This document shows, one piece after another, positions 22,288 to 35,316 of a stretch of DNA of 64,000 nucleotides. The stretch's first letter is position 1; the number at the start of each line of letters is the position of its first letter. The notes under the pieces were generated by a model. That model had not been told where the DNA came from, did no database searches, and saw only the letters and a list, made by a program, of their open reading frames with translations. Position numbers and translations under genes: made by a program. Source of the DNA: Mesotaenium endlicherianum (lineage: Eukaryota); the NCBI GenBank assembly GCA_009602735.1, contig WELA01001939.1, positions 484,846 through 548,845 of the forward strand, in the 5' to 3' direction.

Positions 22288-25200
22288 TTAGCGTACTTTT
22301 GTTGGTTTTCTTGGGCTTTGTGCAGATTGTGTTGTACTTTTAACAGGATGTCAGCAAACTCTTGAGTTAACTGGAGGGAGACCGGATTGTCAATCCCTTC
22401 AGGGTGTGTTAAAGACTCCCCCAAGACATCCAAAGGAGACTTAGGGACTCTACCCAGGCTTAGTTCAAAAGGACTCTTGCCCGTTGACGCGTGCACCGCA
22501 TTGTTGACCGCAAACTGGATTTGAGGTAACAGGTCATCCCAATTATCTTGTTTTTGGTTAATATAGGCTCTCAGTACCTCTTGCAGAACTCGGCTAGTTC
22601 TTTCAGTCTGCCCATCAGTCCGAGGGTGGTTTGGTGTGCTGAGCAGCTGCTTGACTCCCATTAACCCCATTAAAGCTTTACTGAACTTAGAGGTAAATTT
22701 CGAGTCTCTGTCTGAGATTATATTAGAGGGGAGCCCATGTTGGCATACTACATGGTTGTAAAACTGTCTCGCTGTTTCGAGTGCAGTTACTTTGACGATT
22801 GTAGGGATGAAAAGGACCATTTTTGTCAGTTTATCCACGACTACCAGTATCGAATCATGCCCATTGGCAGTTCGTGGCAGTGTGACCACCCAGTCCATGG
22901 ATATTGTTTCCCGGCGGCCAGCTGTGATGGGCAGCAGTTGTAAGAGGCCCCCCGGTGGTGTGTGCCTAGACTTATTCTTTTGACACTGGTCACAAGACTT
23001 AACGTATTTCAAGACCTCCCGAGGTAATCCCTCCTAATGATAGTGTTTTGCCAGTTTGCCAACAATTTTGGCCTGCCCCAAATGCCCACCCAGCAAACTG
23101 TCATGTACTTGACTCAATAAAAGGGATCTTATTTCCAAGTTATTAGGAATGACCAGCTTCATCCTGCCTGAAGTGGTTTCAGTCACCCAAACCCCTCCCT
23201 TGAGCTTATACCCGAGTGCTATAGCACGACACATACCAGTAGTTGGGCTGGGCTCAAATGTTGGGTCAGAAAGGTAGGCTTTCCTAAGTTCTTCAAGGAA
23301 GGACTTCTTCACCTTTAGTGAAGTGAGTGCACACAGGACTTTATCTACAGCATATTGACTAAAGTTCCTTTCTTGCAAGTCAGGTCTTCTAGAGAGTGCA
23401 TCAGCAGGATTCAACTTCCCTGGTTTGTAGTCGATCTGGACTTGAAACTGCTCCAGCATCTGGCTCCAGCGGTTCTCCCTCCTCGACAGCTTGGACTTCT
23501 TCTGAAAGTGAGTCAGAGCTAGATGATATGTAATCACCTTAAAAGCTTTACCATGTAAGTATGCTCTCCACTGTTAGAGCACATGAACGATAGCTAGCAG
23601 CTCTTTATCATGCACTGGGTAATTAATCTCCGCTGGATTAAATTTCATAGATTCATACAACACAGGATGCCACTCCTGCCGTACCTTACCATTCTTTGTG
23701 GTTTTGTCAGCAGGCTGCAACAAAATAGCACCCATGGCAAAGTCAGAGGCATCAGTAACCACCTGCACCGGTTTGCTGGGGTCATACACGGCTAGCACTG
23801 GGGCAGAACAAAGGGCATCTTTAAGGGTCTGGAAGGCAGCCTGCTGCTCTTCCCCCCACACATACCCGATGTCTTTCTTAGTAAGGTCAGTCAGTTTACT
23901 GGCCTTTGTGGAATAATTCTCAATAAATCTCCTATAGTAGTTAGCCAACCCGAGGAAGGATCTAACTTCAGAGACAGACTGTGGTACTGGCTAGTCCCTT
24001 ATGGTCTGGACTTTCTTAGGATCCACACTGATGCCCTCTTTACTGACAACGTGGCCTAAGAATTCAATACTTTCCTTAAAGAAATCACACTTGCTCATTT
24101 TAGCATTTAAGTGATTTCTTCTCAGTGTCCATGACTGTCTCTAAGTGTTCAGCGTGCTGAGCTTCATCTTTAGTGAAAATTAAAATATCATCTAGGAAAA
24201 CTTGCACAAACTTATCCAAATAAGGTCTGAAAATGTCATTCATAGCATCCATGAAGGTTGCGGGAGCATTAGTCAGTCCAAATGGCATCATGCTGAACTC
24301 ATAGTGCCCATAACGTGTGCGGAAGGCAGTCTTGTGTTCATCCCCCTCAGCAATTCTGATTTGATGATAACCACTTTTGAGATCTATCTTACTGAACACC
24401 TTAGCACCAGACAGGGTATCAAGCAAGTCCTCAATTTTGGGTAAAGCATACTTGTTTTTTACTGTGATTTCGTTCAGAGCTCTGTAATCCACACACATCT
24501 GCATACTGCCATCATTTTTCTTGACAAATAGAATGGGTGCCCCGTAAGGTGATTTACTGGGGGAAATATAACCATTTTCCTCAAGCTCTGCAATCTGTGT
24601 TTTCAACTCCTCGCTCTCCACATAAGACAAGCCATAAGTGCGTTGCCAAGGTGGCTGACTCCCAGGTAATAGATCAATCCTATGATCTACTTCCCTCTTA
24701 GGGGGTAGTCCTGGAGGCATATTAAATACATCCGTGTACTGAGCAACAATTTTTGCAGCAGTAGGGTGCTCCGGAGGGCTTACCTTTTTCTCAACCACTT
24801 CTTCAGGTTGAGGAGGTACCTCTCTTAGCAGCAGACAGAACATTCTGTCTTCCTTCTGGTTCCAGCTTTTGACGAACTCCATTGCATTCAGCAACTTGCA
24901 TCCTTCTGGAAGCCTCTTCTTTTCCTTCATTTGCCATCCACACAGGACAAGAGGAAGAGCACTGGTGGGTGCCAAGTTGGTCTGCCCATCGCTGGCTCCT
25001 CTCACTTAAACTGTACCTCTGCTCCAACACACTTCAGCTTGATGTCTATTAAGCCAGGACCTGCCTAGCACGAGATCATAAAAGCCAGTGTTGAGTACCT
25101 CAAATGTAAGCGTTTCAGTTAGAACTGCAATGCCAGAACCTAACTGGACCTCAATAGGCTTGGTTATAGCTCCTCCCGAGATACGTGAGGCATCTCCAAG

Positions 25201-27055
25201 GAATATTTTTCTATTCTCTTGGGTGACAGTAGGCAGCCTTAGCCGCTTAACTAAGTCCTTGTGGATAAAAGTATGTGACGCCCCTCCGTCAACAAATGCC
25301 CTCACCTTCCTACCTGCAATCATGCAATGCAGTAGGATAGGGGGTATTGTCTTTTCTTGACTTTCGCATTGTTCTCCTGACTTAGCAAAGAAATGTTGGA
25401 CATCAGGTGGAACAAGAGCATCCAGAGTGTNTAGTGTGCACTCTCTGGATGTCTATATTGTTGATGGTCTCCTTTATCTGGTTGTCAAGCATGCATAGTG
25501 AATCCAGTTCAGCAGGACCCATAATACCTGCTACGAGGGCAGCTAGTGACAACTCACTATCTCTAGCCTCCTCACAGTCAGTAGACTGGATTACTGACTG
25601 TTGCTGGTCTTTTCTCTCGACCTTAGGCAGGTGCTTGACCGGACACTGTTCTCTGAAGTGGCCTTTCTGCTGACAATGGTAGCAAGTAGATTTTGCTGAG
25701 GCTGGTCTCGGTCTAGTCCTACCACCACCCCTTCCATAGCCACCTCGAGAGGAACCACCTCTACCTCTAGACTGAATAGCATTGTACTCATACTCATATT
25801 CATCACCCTGATTATCCTCAACGTGGTCTCCTTCAACTGCATTGTAGGAACCGTGGGGCTTGTTGAAAATCTTAGACACCAAAGCGTTACTCTGGCGCTT
25901 GTGATTGAACTGCCGCTGATCCCAGGCATCAGCATCCTGGATCAAGTCAGCCAGTTTCTCATACTTTTTCTCAGCAAAATGACCAGAGACTTCGAATTCC
26001 AAGCCATACCTGAAGTATGCTATCCTATACCGTTATGGCAAGTCTGGCTGTTTCATCATGTTATCCTGGAACTTTTGAGCAAACTCAGCAATTGAAGTGG
26101 TCTGCTTCAGTGTCAGGGAGATCATCGCATAGATAGCTTTCTCCTGCTGGTTGATGTCATCAAACTTCTCATGCAACTTCGCGACAAACTCTACCCACGT
26201 AGGGTCACCGAATTGCTGAGCCTTACGCTCTCCTTTCCAGTATAGCCACCAGTCTGCGGCACTGCCTTTCAGTAGTGCACCAGTGTGCCTGACCTTCTCG
26301 TAATCCTGCAGTTTTGGGTAGTTCTCCAGCCACTACTCAACATCAGCGAGAAACTTGATCAGGTAATACTTTTTGTTCCCCTCAGGATCATAATCCTGGG
26401 GAGATTTTGACTTGGGCTTACTAGGCCCTCTGCCACCACCACCCGTGGCTTGAGAACCCTGTTGGTCTCGGTCTCGCAGTAGAGACATTATGATTCTTGT
26501 GTCATCCTGTTGAGACTGGTACATGCTCGTCATTTGCGATTGCATTTGTACAAACAATGCTCCCAAATCCGCACTCTGAGGTGGAAGTCTAGCGAATGCA
26601 GCAGTAGCAGTGGCATCGACTCGCTGAGTAGTGTCCTCAACAGTCCCTCTCGCTCCTGCAGCAGCAATTCCTGCCGCATTCAACCGGTCACGTATTTGAC
26701 CTAGGGGTACATTGAGTTGTACAGCAGGAGGTGGATTAAGAACATTGGCCCTTGATGCCATAAGTTCTTCAACAGTGCACTCGTCCGCTGGCTGTCCTTC
26801 CCTCCTTTCTGTATCTTCAGCGGCCTTTGCTAATTGTTCAGCTTCTAATCTGGCTCTCTCCTCCTCAGCTTGCTGTGCTGCGACTGCGGCAATAGCAGCT
26901 GCCTCATCTGCAGCCTCTCTAGCTGCAGTATCTGCCACTACTTCAGAATAGGTACGGATTCCCGCTACATGGCTTTCCGCCTGGTTATCGACATTCTCGT
27001 CATCCTGGTTCTCCATGTCTCGAGAGTTGCTAGTTTGAGACCTTGTTCTTACCAT
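22288..27055 (-). pseudogene. gag-pol of B2 (disrupted)
   Basis: Collinear with B1 gag and pol. Several in-frame stops (near 26333, 23991, 23574, 23034) and frameshifts. Confidence 0.92.
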
Positions 27056-27089
27056 ACAAAGAAGACTGTGATAACTGCTTCGATACCAT

Positions 27090-27809
27090 TGAAATGAATC
27101 AACTTACCAAAGTAGGCGATTAACAATTAATAAAGATCTTTATATCAGCAAGTAATCTTTATGGTATTTTTTTGTTAATTGATTTAACAGCAAAGGACAA
27201 CACACTAGCTGCGAATAATACTCGTAAGTCAAATGCAAGTAAACTAGCATCAATAATGCAATCAGTAAACTCATACATAAGCAAGGTTGGAAGACAGTGC
27301 GTATCAATGGCTTCTCGCCTTGGATTCAGATCTCTCTCAGTAAGCTGTACAAGAGAGTTGGCCTCGTTTCCGTATGCGGAACTCGAGAGCAGTACCTAGC
27401 ATATGTACACGGAATGAGTTTACTGTTCAACGGCCAGTGCGATGGCACAGCCTACCCAGGAGTTAACCACGTTGGTAGGACCTCGATTAACCAAATCCAC
27501 CGCCATCTCCCATCATTCCGAATCGCCATCTATCATAGGCATGTCATCTGGGCATTCATCTAGCATACCACACTTAGATGTCTATCGAGGCAGTTCGCTG
27601 CTACCGAGTACGAAGTCAGCTGGCTGTCAAAGAATGAGTCAGCAAGCTGACTTGAGTTGACTTTAGCCTGCTGCTTCCGACTGAGTCCTTAAATTGATAA
27701 TTATATAAAGTCGAGCAGGCTCAATACTACATAAAGTTCAGCAGACTGAACTTAATTAACAATTATATTTAGATGAATATTATATCTACCCATATACTGA
27801 TTTATTGCA
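27090..27809 (-). repeat. 5' LTR of B2
   Basis: TGAAATGAATC...TTTATTGCA, preceded by the PBS (27077-27088) and followed by TSD CCTGG. Confidence 0.93.
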
Positions 27810-29196
27810 CCTGGCCACTTCCAGTAGTACCACTCGCAGTTTCAGGTTGCTTCTCTGGCCCTGCTACGATTCAAAAGCTTTTCAGAGAGTGAGGACGCGT
27901 ATCATCATTAAAAAAAAAATACGACGGAACGCGATGAGACCTTGTTGTAAACAAAGAAATCATCATCTGGACGATAGACATAATTACGGTCTTCATGTGT
28001 CACCGACGCCACAACACCGAGTTGCCCAGAACTCGTCTTTTTTTCTCGACTTTTGATCATTCGAGGGACCACTTGCTTTCCCTCATGTTCCGCAGGCAAA
28101 AATGGGGCATCTGTGTCCAAAGGAAACTGTCCCCCTTCACTCTCCTGCTCATCTCGCTCTTCAACAAAAGGTTAGGGTGTGCCCCCTTCACGCTCCTCGT
28201 GGGCTCCTCCCTCTGCTGGCGATCGAAAGGTTTCTGCGCCTCGCCATGAGCGCCAACTCCTCATATCGAAAAATAAAAATAACTACTCCTGTTGCGAAGA
28301 AAACACTTGCATACCACATCTTAAGTTTACCTGATGTCTTGCTTGTCAACTGACCACCCCGTAGCTTTTTGTTGTCCAGTGGCTCTTCTTTATAAGCTGA
28401 AGTTAGGAATTCTGTCGTTGAACGTTTGATCTTGCCCAACGGAGCTGTCCTCTGTGCTTCCTGCTTGTCGTCCTCAAATCCTATCACACCTGACTCCACT
28501 TCTCCGTTTACCTAACGAGTGAATAAAAAGCAAAAACTTGTAATGATTGCAACCATATATACAAACCGTCATGCCAGCACTCTTCCGACCAACTTGAATT
28601 GATGCTTCTTGATCATGTGGTTCTTCAGTACGGCCCACCGTTTTGACTTTGGCTTGGCCTCGTGTTTTCACAGGGTTGGGCTTGTTTGAATCTCTCCTAT
28701 CTAACAGAAAGGGCACATTAGCCCCACCAGAAGGCCTAAAAGCTATTTTTTTCATCGTCAGTTCCTAGTGACACCTCATTCACCTGCCCCTTCAGCAGGT
28801 TGACGTAAACGAGCTCTTCGCCATCCAAGTTCACAATATTACTGCCGGAAAACTTCATCAAGTCCCTTATAATGCGCTACAGTTCCCTTATCAAAAGATC
28901 ATTGCCACTTGCTATAACGTTTGTGCTTCTCGAGAGGATCTTTCCTCGTTATTCAAGGATAATTTAATATCAATGGAAAGAAAATAAAGATATCTTCGAC
29001 GAAAATGACAATCCTCAAGAAAAGCGATAATAATAACTAAGTAGAATTTGTGCTTGTGAGAGTTGCACTCACAATGATTCTTGCAAGTATATATACTTGC
29101 ACAACATGAGGCACTGGAGTGCTTTGAGTCACCACCTAGGGCACTGGTTCATGTTCAACAAAAATACGCGAAGGGGTATAATCCATTCGGCTAAAT

Positions 29197-30446
29197 TGAA
29201 ATGAATCTTGCTTATTCAAGATAAATATATTTCATTAAATATATTAGATCAGAGGTAGATGAAAGCGTGTAAAATCAGGGAGCGATCTTTGCCCTTAGAA
29301 TTTTGTTTGCTCATCATACCCCTTGACTCACTTACCGTAGTGTGCCATAGTTGCAAACTAACACAAGGCACAAGTGAGAGGCGAGCTTGAGGACTAGAGC
29401 TTCTCCTTTAGAAACTCATGGCCTCTTGTCTACCAGGCATATAATCATGTATAGTATATACACAACATCAGGGGACTGAATAGCAAAGGCGCTCTCATTC
29501 AGATGACCATAATGTAGCTAAAACACATCCCACTGACTTAGGTGCAAAACCATAGAATCTGTCCGCTATGTGACTTCGAAATGTCAGAGAACGTAACTTT
29601 GTCAATACTACTCCAAATTGAGCAAACTTAACGACAACGGACGCATCTTGGCAAGACCTTTTCAAGAAGTCCTAGTTCGCTCCATTTATAGCACAGACAA
29701 GGCAGCCATGTCAATTTCCGTGAAAGCTGGTCATAATAACAAATCCAAAAGTGCACATGACTTGCAAGAATAAAATCCGACTTTAAAGCCTACTGTCCAG
29801 AATGAGGGACCACAAGATCCTAGCTTGCTATGTACCTAGTGACCTCTTGGTTGACCACGGCGCAAGGTGCGCCGTTTTGTGGAAAACCCGTGAAGTTGGG
29901 ACCCACGGATCTAAGTTTAACGACCATGTTAATTGGTCGGTTGATTGAAGTCCTAGCTGTTCAGTTGACTGACGTCGGCTCCGCCTACCCAAGAATTAAC
30001 CACACTGGTCGGACATCGGTTTACCGAATCTCAGTCGGCCTCTCGACTTTTGATATACTACGGTCACATGTGCCAATCTACAAATAATAATCTAAATGAA
30101 TGTATCTATCCTCAGCGTACTGAGTCCAAGTATACTGACTATTATTATACGAGCTTACTATATGTCAACTTACTGATGTTATGTCCTATATATATACAGG
30201 TAATCTCAACAAATTATACTCTGATACAAAATGTCATCCTGCCGACCTTCTCGACAAAATCAGCAAAGTGCACTATGATGCAAAAGTCATCCTGTTGACA
30301 TTTTGGACAAAGTAAGTAAACTCGTATTATATCAACTTACATTCATTTAGATGAACTCGCACATGTGAGTATTTTGATATAATACATATTTAGTGATGTA
30401 CTTATATCTGCAATTAACTAAATAAATAATGAAGTGATTCATTACA
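29197..30446 (-). mobile_element. Solo LTR, family C copy 2 (1250 bp)
   Basis: Reverse complement of 3815-5787 without the nested D insert. Flanks TAAAT/TGAAT (TSD, 1 mismatch). Confidence 0.88.
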
Positions 30447-30622
30447 TGAATGCTCGTAAAGCGCCATTTGGCCGTTTGGAGACTTTTCAACTATTTCCAA
30501 AAAAATCGTTTCGTGCCAAAAGGGCGTGTTCGTGTTCACGCGACTTTCCGAAAAAGTCGCGACTGTTCGGTTGGTCACACACGTGTACGTCTGACATGCA
30601 CGAGGAGTTTATATAACCTTTT

Positions 30623-30692
30623 TGGCCTATTGGTCAGGTGTGAACGATTCAAACGAAGGACGAGGGTTCGAATTCCTCCGGATACAAAAAAA
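30623..30692 (+). other. tRNA-like / Pol III A-box and B-box sequence (SINE-head-like, not a full tRNA)
   Basis: TGGCCTATTGG (A-box-like), GAGGG-TTCGAAT-TCCTC (T-arm-like) and a short A run. No convincing acceptor or anticodon stem. Confidence 0.4.
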
Positions 30693-31272
30693 CTTTGTAA
30701 ATTTGTTTTTGTTTGAATTATGACTATCGTGGAATCGTGCTGACGCGGCCGGGAGGTCGCGGGTTCGATTTCGGCCGGTGCCCTTGGGTCGCCGGTTCGG
30801 GTTTTCTTTCGAATTAGCGATTGTCGTTAAGTCAAAACGTTGTGACGGTCATTATCCTGTAATAATGAAAGTCACAACAAATTAATCCGTAGTTTATTAA
30901 CTTAATCGTCTTGTAAATAATTGAAGTAACTTCATGATTAATTGCAATATTCTTTTGCAAAGTATCAAAGATACGTTATCAATAAATTTGCAGGTCGTTT
31001 TGTCAACCGACCGGAATTATTCGGCACACGTGTGTGGCGAGAAATTCGTCAAAATGCAATCTTTCATCGATTCAAAAGTGTAACGTATTTTAGGTAATTA
31101 GGAAAATAATTTAATTACGCCAAAAAGCTCGGATCGTTACACCTGCAGCACAAAATCCAAACGAGGAGCACATAATTAGACCATAATTGACATATCATAA
31201 AAGAAAACCAGTCACGGCAAAAGCTGTGATGTCTGAATAGCTTACATCATTTTGGTTCACATGCTCTCCCTA

Positions 31273-31865
31273 CGTTGAACAGGTAACTCATTCCATGTAC
31301 ATAGGCTAGGTTATGCTCTTGAGTTCGGCATTCGAAAACGAGGCCAAACCTTTGTATCGCTTATTAAGAGAATATCTGAATCCAAGGCTGCAAAGTTGTT
31401 ACACGAACAACTTCTTGCCTTGCTTATGTATGAGTTTACTGATTGCATGATTGAAACTAGTTTACTCGCATTTGATTGTGAGTCTTGCAAATGCTAGTGG
31501 CGGAGTCTTTTCGCTGGTTACCTAGTTCTAAAATACTCCCGTACAGCCTCTTTTGGCCGAATAGTACGTATTGCGATACTCTGTATCGTGATACTCCGTA
31601 TTACGCCTATGACTGGATCTTTCGATTTATTCCGATTTATAGTCGATTTATTCCACCAACACTCACGTATTTTGGCGTATTCAATGTACAGGTTTGACTC
31701 TCGCGTGTTGTTCGCGTGGCGATTCCGTACACACATATGCGGCGTATCCAAATATCATAACTAGGGCGGATTAATAAGTTAACCTGAAAACACCATAAAG
31801 ATTATTTACTGATATAAGTATCCTTATTAATTGTTAATCGCCCATCGATAAGTCGATTCATTTCA
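31273..31865 (+). mobile_element. 3' half of split solo LTR B3
   Basis: Resumes the B LTR at CGTTGAACAG..AACTCATTCCATGTACATA, ends GTCGATTCATTTCA, and is followed by CTTGT (31866-31870), matching 9626-9630. Confidence 0.85.
31521..31765. mobile_element. MITE, hAT-like, inserted in LTR B3
   Basis: 245 bp absent from other B LTRs. Terminal inverted repeat CCTAGTT/AACTAGG, 8-bp flanks GCTGGTTA/GCGGATTA (2 mismatches), and repeated CGTA/CCGA-type subterminal motifs. Confidence 0.65.
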
Positions 31866-34743
31866 CTTGTAGAATCAGAGTCTAGCATTCAATTACTTAA
31901 ACCTTAAGTTGAAATTTTGCTCTCACAAATTGGTCATGAAGCGTGCGTTACAATTTGATGAGAAGATAAAATCTTGCCAAGCCCCTTTGTGCATGTGACT
32001 TTGTGAGTACATAAACAGCCATGATCAACCATGTTTGCCTCTCTCTCTTTCTCACTAAAGCCCTTCCAACACCTTTCTCACAGCGCTAGGCAGCCATGGT
32101 TGCCAACTCGCATAGAGCTGCTCACGACAATACGAAGCGAGCATTATTTTATAAAAAGCAACAAAGGTGGCCCCCTTCTGTGCCTTACTTAAAATTTAAG
32201 TTTTTATCATGCTTTATAGTCGAGAACCTAGGCTTTGTTGTGATTAGATCCATTCTCACCAGGCCCCAAGATTCGACCAAAAAAAACAAAATTTTGAACA
32301 TCCACGCCTGATGTGCATGCTTTTTTGGAACATCCGACATTATTCACAAGATTTCTTATATTCCTTTGTGTTTATGAATAATATCCGACCAATATCCACG
32401 TAAGGCTTCATATGAAAATGAGTGATGTTGTGAAACATCTACTCCTGATGGGATGGGTTTCTTTTGTCGAGGTAACTTGTGAATTGACGAGTTTTAAAAC
32501 ATCTAAAATATGGGAAAACGTGAACTTCATCTCTAATCCAGGGGCCTGATGCCCGCTTTTGAGAGCAATTGAGAGCACTGGAGATAAGTTTGGTACGTAT
32601 TGGCTGCTCGCTTGCCGACCTTGGCATGCTTTAGATTGAAAGCCCGTCTGTTAGTCAACGGAGGGGCATACCAAAGTCGCAATTTCGATGCGTAACGTAT
32701 CGAGAATTGAGACTCAGTTCGTGTCAGTTCGTGTAAGTTCTTGTGACCCCTTCTGAGTCGTGACCAAGGTCGTGACAGCGTAATGGCGTAGCAGGCTGCA
32801 GCAACAGAACCAGGGGGAACCAGGGCCATGACCGACCAGGGCGGAAATTTCAAACCTCACAAAGTTGATGTCAATGTCGTCTTCATCTGATTCAATTGCA
32901 TTGGCACCGGGGTAAATGCATGAAATGTGTGCGAAAACACAGAACCAATTTACTTCTAGCTCCGTCCTCAAACATCAGGGGCGCCATGTCCTTGTTTACT
33001 GAATTCTCTGCGCATTGAGCCTAACAGAGCCTGTTGCGATAAAACTTGCCCCCCACCGCTGGTGCTTACAGAGCTGCTTCATGTCAATGCCCCAACCTGT
33101 CACCACGTGCTCCCAAGCGGCCCTATTTCCGGATTCGGTATCAACCTCACTTCAGAAATACAGCGCAAGGCAAGAAAATTTCATCCACTGGTACCCAACC
33201 ATGTTCCTCTTTCATGTAGCACCTCACTGGGCCTGCCGAACGCTCACTTTCTATATGCGCTGGGATTGACGTTGCATGATTCTGGTCATGACGTGAGCAT
33301 GCGACGAGGTGTCTAGACGCTAGTGGTACCTTATGCGTCAGTGGTAGTGGAACTAGATGCTGGTACGTTGTTGGTTTCTCTACCTAGGAGCTAATTGTTG
33401 ACGCAGAGTTCAGGTTGTGCACTACATGCCAGTCTGGGATGCTGCAGTTCTCCTTCTCAAGTGGCAGCTTCCCTTCGGGTTCTAGAATGCAGCAATCATT
33501 GTTCATTCCAGAGAGTCCAGCGCCATCAAACCATCTTCTGAATGCAGGGGTAGTATGGTACAGCCGTTGGAATGTAGAGAGCTCTCGTTCTAAAAACAAT
33601 ATGGGGGAAAAGCGATGACAGAAAGGGGGGGGGTTTGGGGGTGGCGGTCCTTGAAGGATTTTTTGAGTTTCACTGGTGGCATTAGCAGCTGCACACACAT
33701 GCACCTTGCAGTTGTGCTGGGGCGCTCTTGTGAGGGCTGTCACCCCCTGTTTGCTCTGACGCGTGCCAGCAAGGAGCTTCCGGGGGAAGGCACGCTGTGC
33801 GGGGTGCTGGTGAAGCGAGAGAGGCCCCCGCCAGCTGGCAGACACGCACGCTGAGCTGCGAGAGGGGGCTCTGCCAGCAAGCATGCACACAGAGAGAGAG
33901 AGCTGTGCTCTGCTATGCTTCAATGAGATGATATGGTTTGATATGATACAATAAGCTGTTGTCTGTGTGCATTCAGCTGGCAAGTTTCTATCCCGATGAC
34001 ATCTCCCTCTCGCACCCACCCTTCCACCCGCACCCATTCTTGTTGCATCTGTATGGGCGCACAACACACTAAGCTTCTCACGCTCCCCTCCCCCATCACT
34101 ACCAACAAACAACAAACACACGCCACACCTGTGCTCGCTGCGTTGGTTCTGTGCGGGCCTTGCTAGCAGGCTCCCAGCGCGCCACCTGTCATCCGCCCCC
34201 CGGCATCCTCTCTGCCGCTTGTCGCATTCCCCACCAAAGGCCCTGGTTCTCCTGACACCTGGCACGTGCTTTCCCTCATCTGGCCGGGAGCCCCAGGAGC
34301 TCTGCTGCAGGCGGCACCTCAGCAGCCCCTCGGTTGACCCCAGGGGTGCATTCGACAAGGCGGCTTACCTTACTGCTGGCATAGGCATAGGCATAGGCGC
34401 AGGTCTTGGGTTCAAGGAAACAGGGTTTAAGCGTGTGGGGTTTGTGGGTGCAGGGTTCAAAAGTGCAGGGTTTGAGAGTGCGGGGTTGAAGGGCGGGGGT
34501 TTAAGGGACGCCCTTCGGAGAGGTGCCAGGTGTAGCAGCAAGACAGGCTCTCGGAAGAGTCCGCCAGCTCCCACGCCAGGCAGCAAAGTCCGCAGATCTA
34601 ACCCTAACTCCAATTCTGGCCCTAATCCTAGCTCGAATCAGAAACCAGAGCCGGGGGAGGGCTCGGAATTAGACGACGACTCCGACGATTCCGACGTCAC
34701 CTTGTCAGACCCCCTCCACGGCGAGGCCGGGCGGGGCCGCAGG

Positions 34744-35231
34744 ATGCTGCCAGCTGTCCCGCCCAGCGGGCGCCTGGTGGCAAGCAGCCCCGATGCCATG
34801 CGCGTGTATGCTACGTCTGACCTCCACACGGACTTCCGGGAGAATCTCGAGTGGGTCAGGAGCCTGTCCCCCGATCTGTACCGGCACGACTCGCTCATAG
34901 TGGCTGGCGACGTGGCCGACAGCCTGAAGGTGCGACACCTGGCGCCCCCCTGCTCCTCCCTGCCTCCACCCCCCCCCCTCCCCATCTCCTCTGCAGCTGC
35001 GCCACCTCCCACCCTCCTGCAACCCCGTTCTCAGATTTCGCGGGTTCTTCTTAGTGCACTTCTCAAAAGCTGCCCTCGCCCCAAACCTACTCGTCTGCTG
35101 TGTTTTGACGATTCCGGACCAAGATGGGGCTTAAGTTCTGAGATGCAGGACAGGCCTTTGAGGGCCCTCTGAGATTTTTGGAGACGCTGACTGGGGCGGG
35201 ATGGGGACAAGCATGGGGCGCGCACGCGCGC

Positions 35232-35316
<85 letters not shown>

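Larger units (their letters stand above)
10026..27809 (-). mobile_element. Ty3/gypsy chromovirus, family B copy 2 (full length, degenerate; host of B1)
   Basis: LTRs 10026-10745 and 27090-27809, perfect TSD CCTGG (10021-10025 and 27810-27814), PBS TGGTATCGAAGC and PPT. gag, pol and the extra ORF all have stops or frameshifts. Confidence 0.95.
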
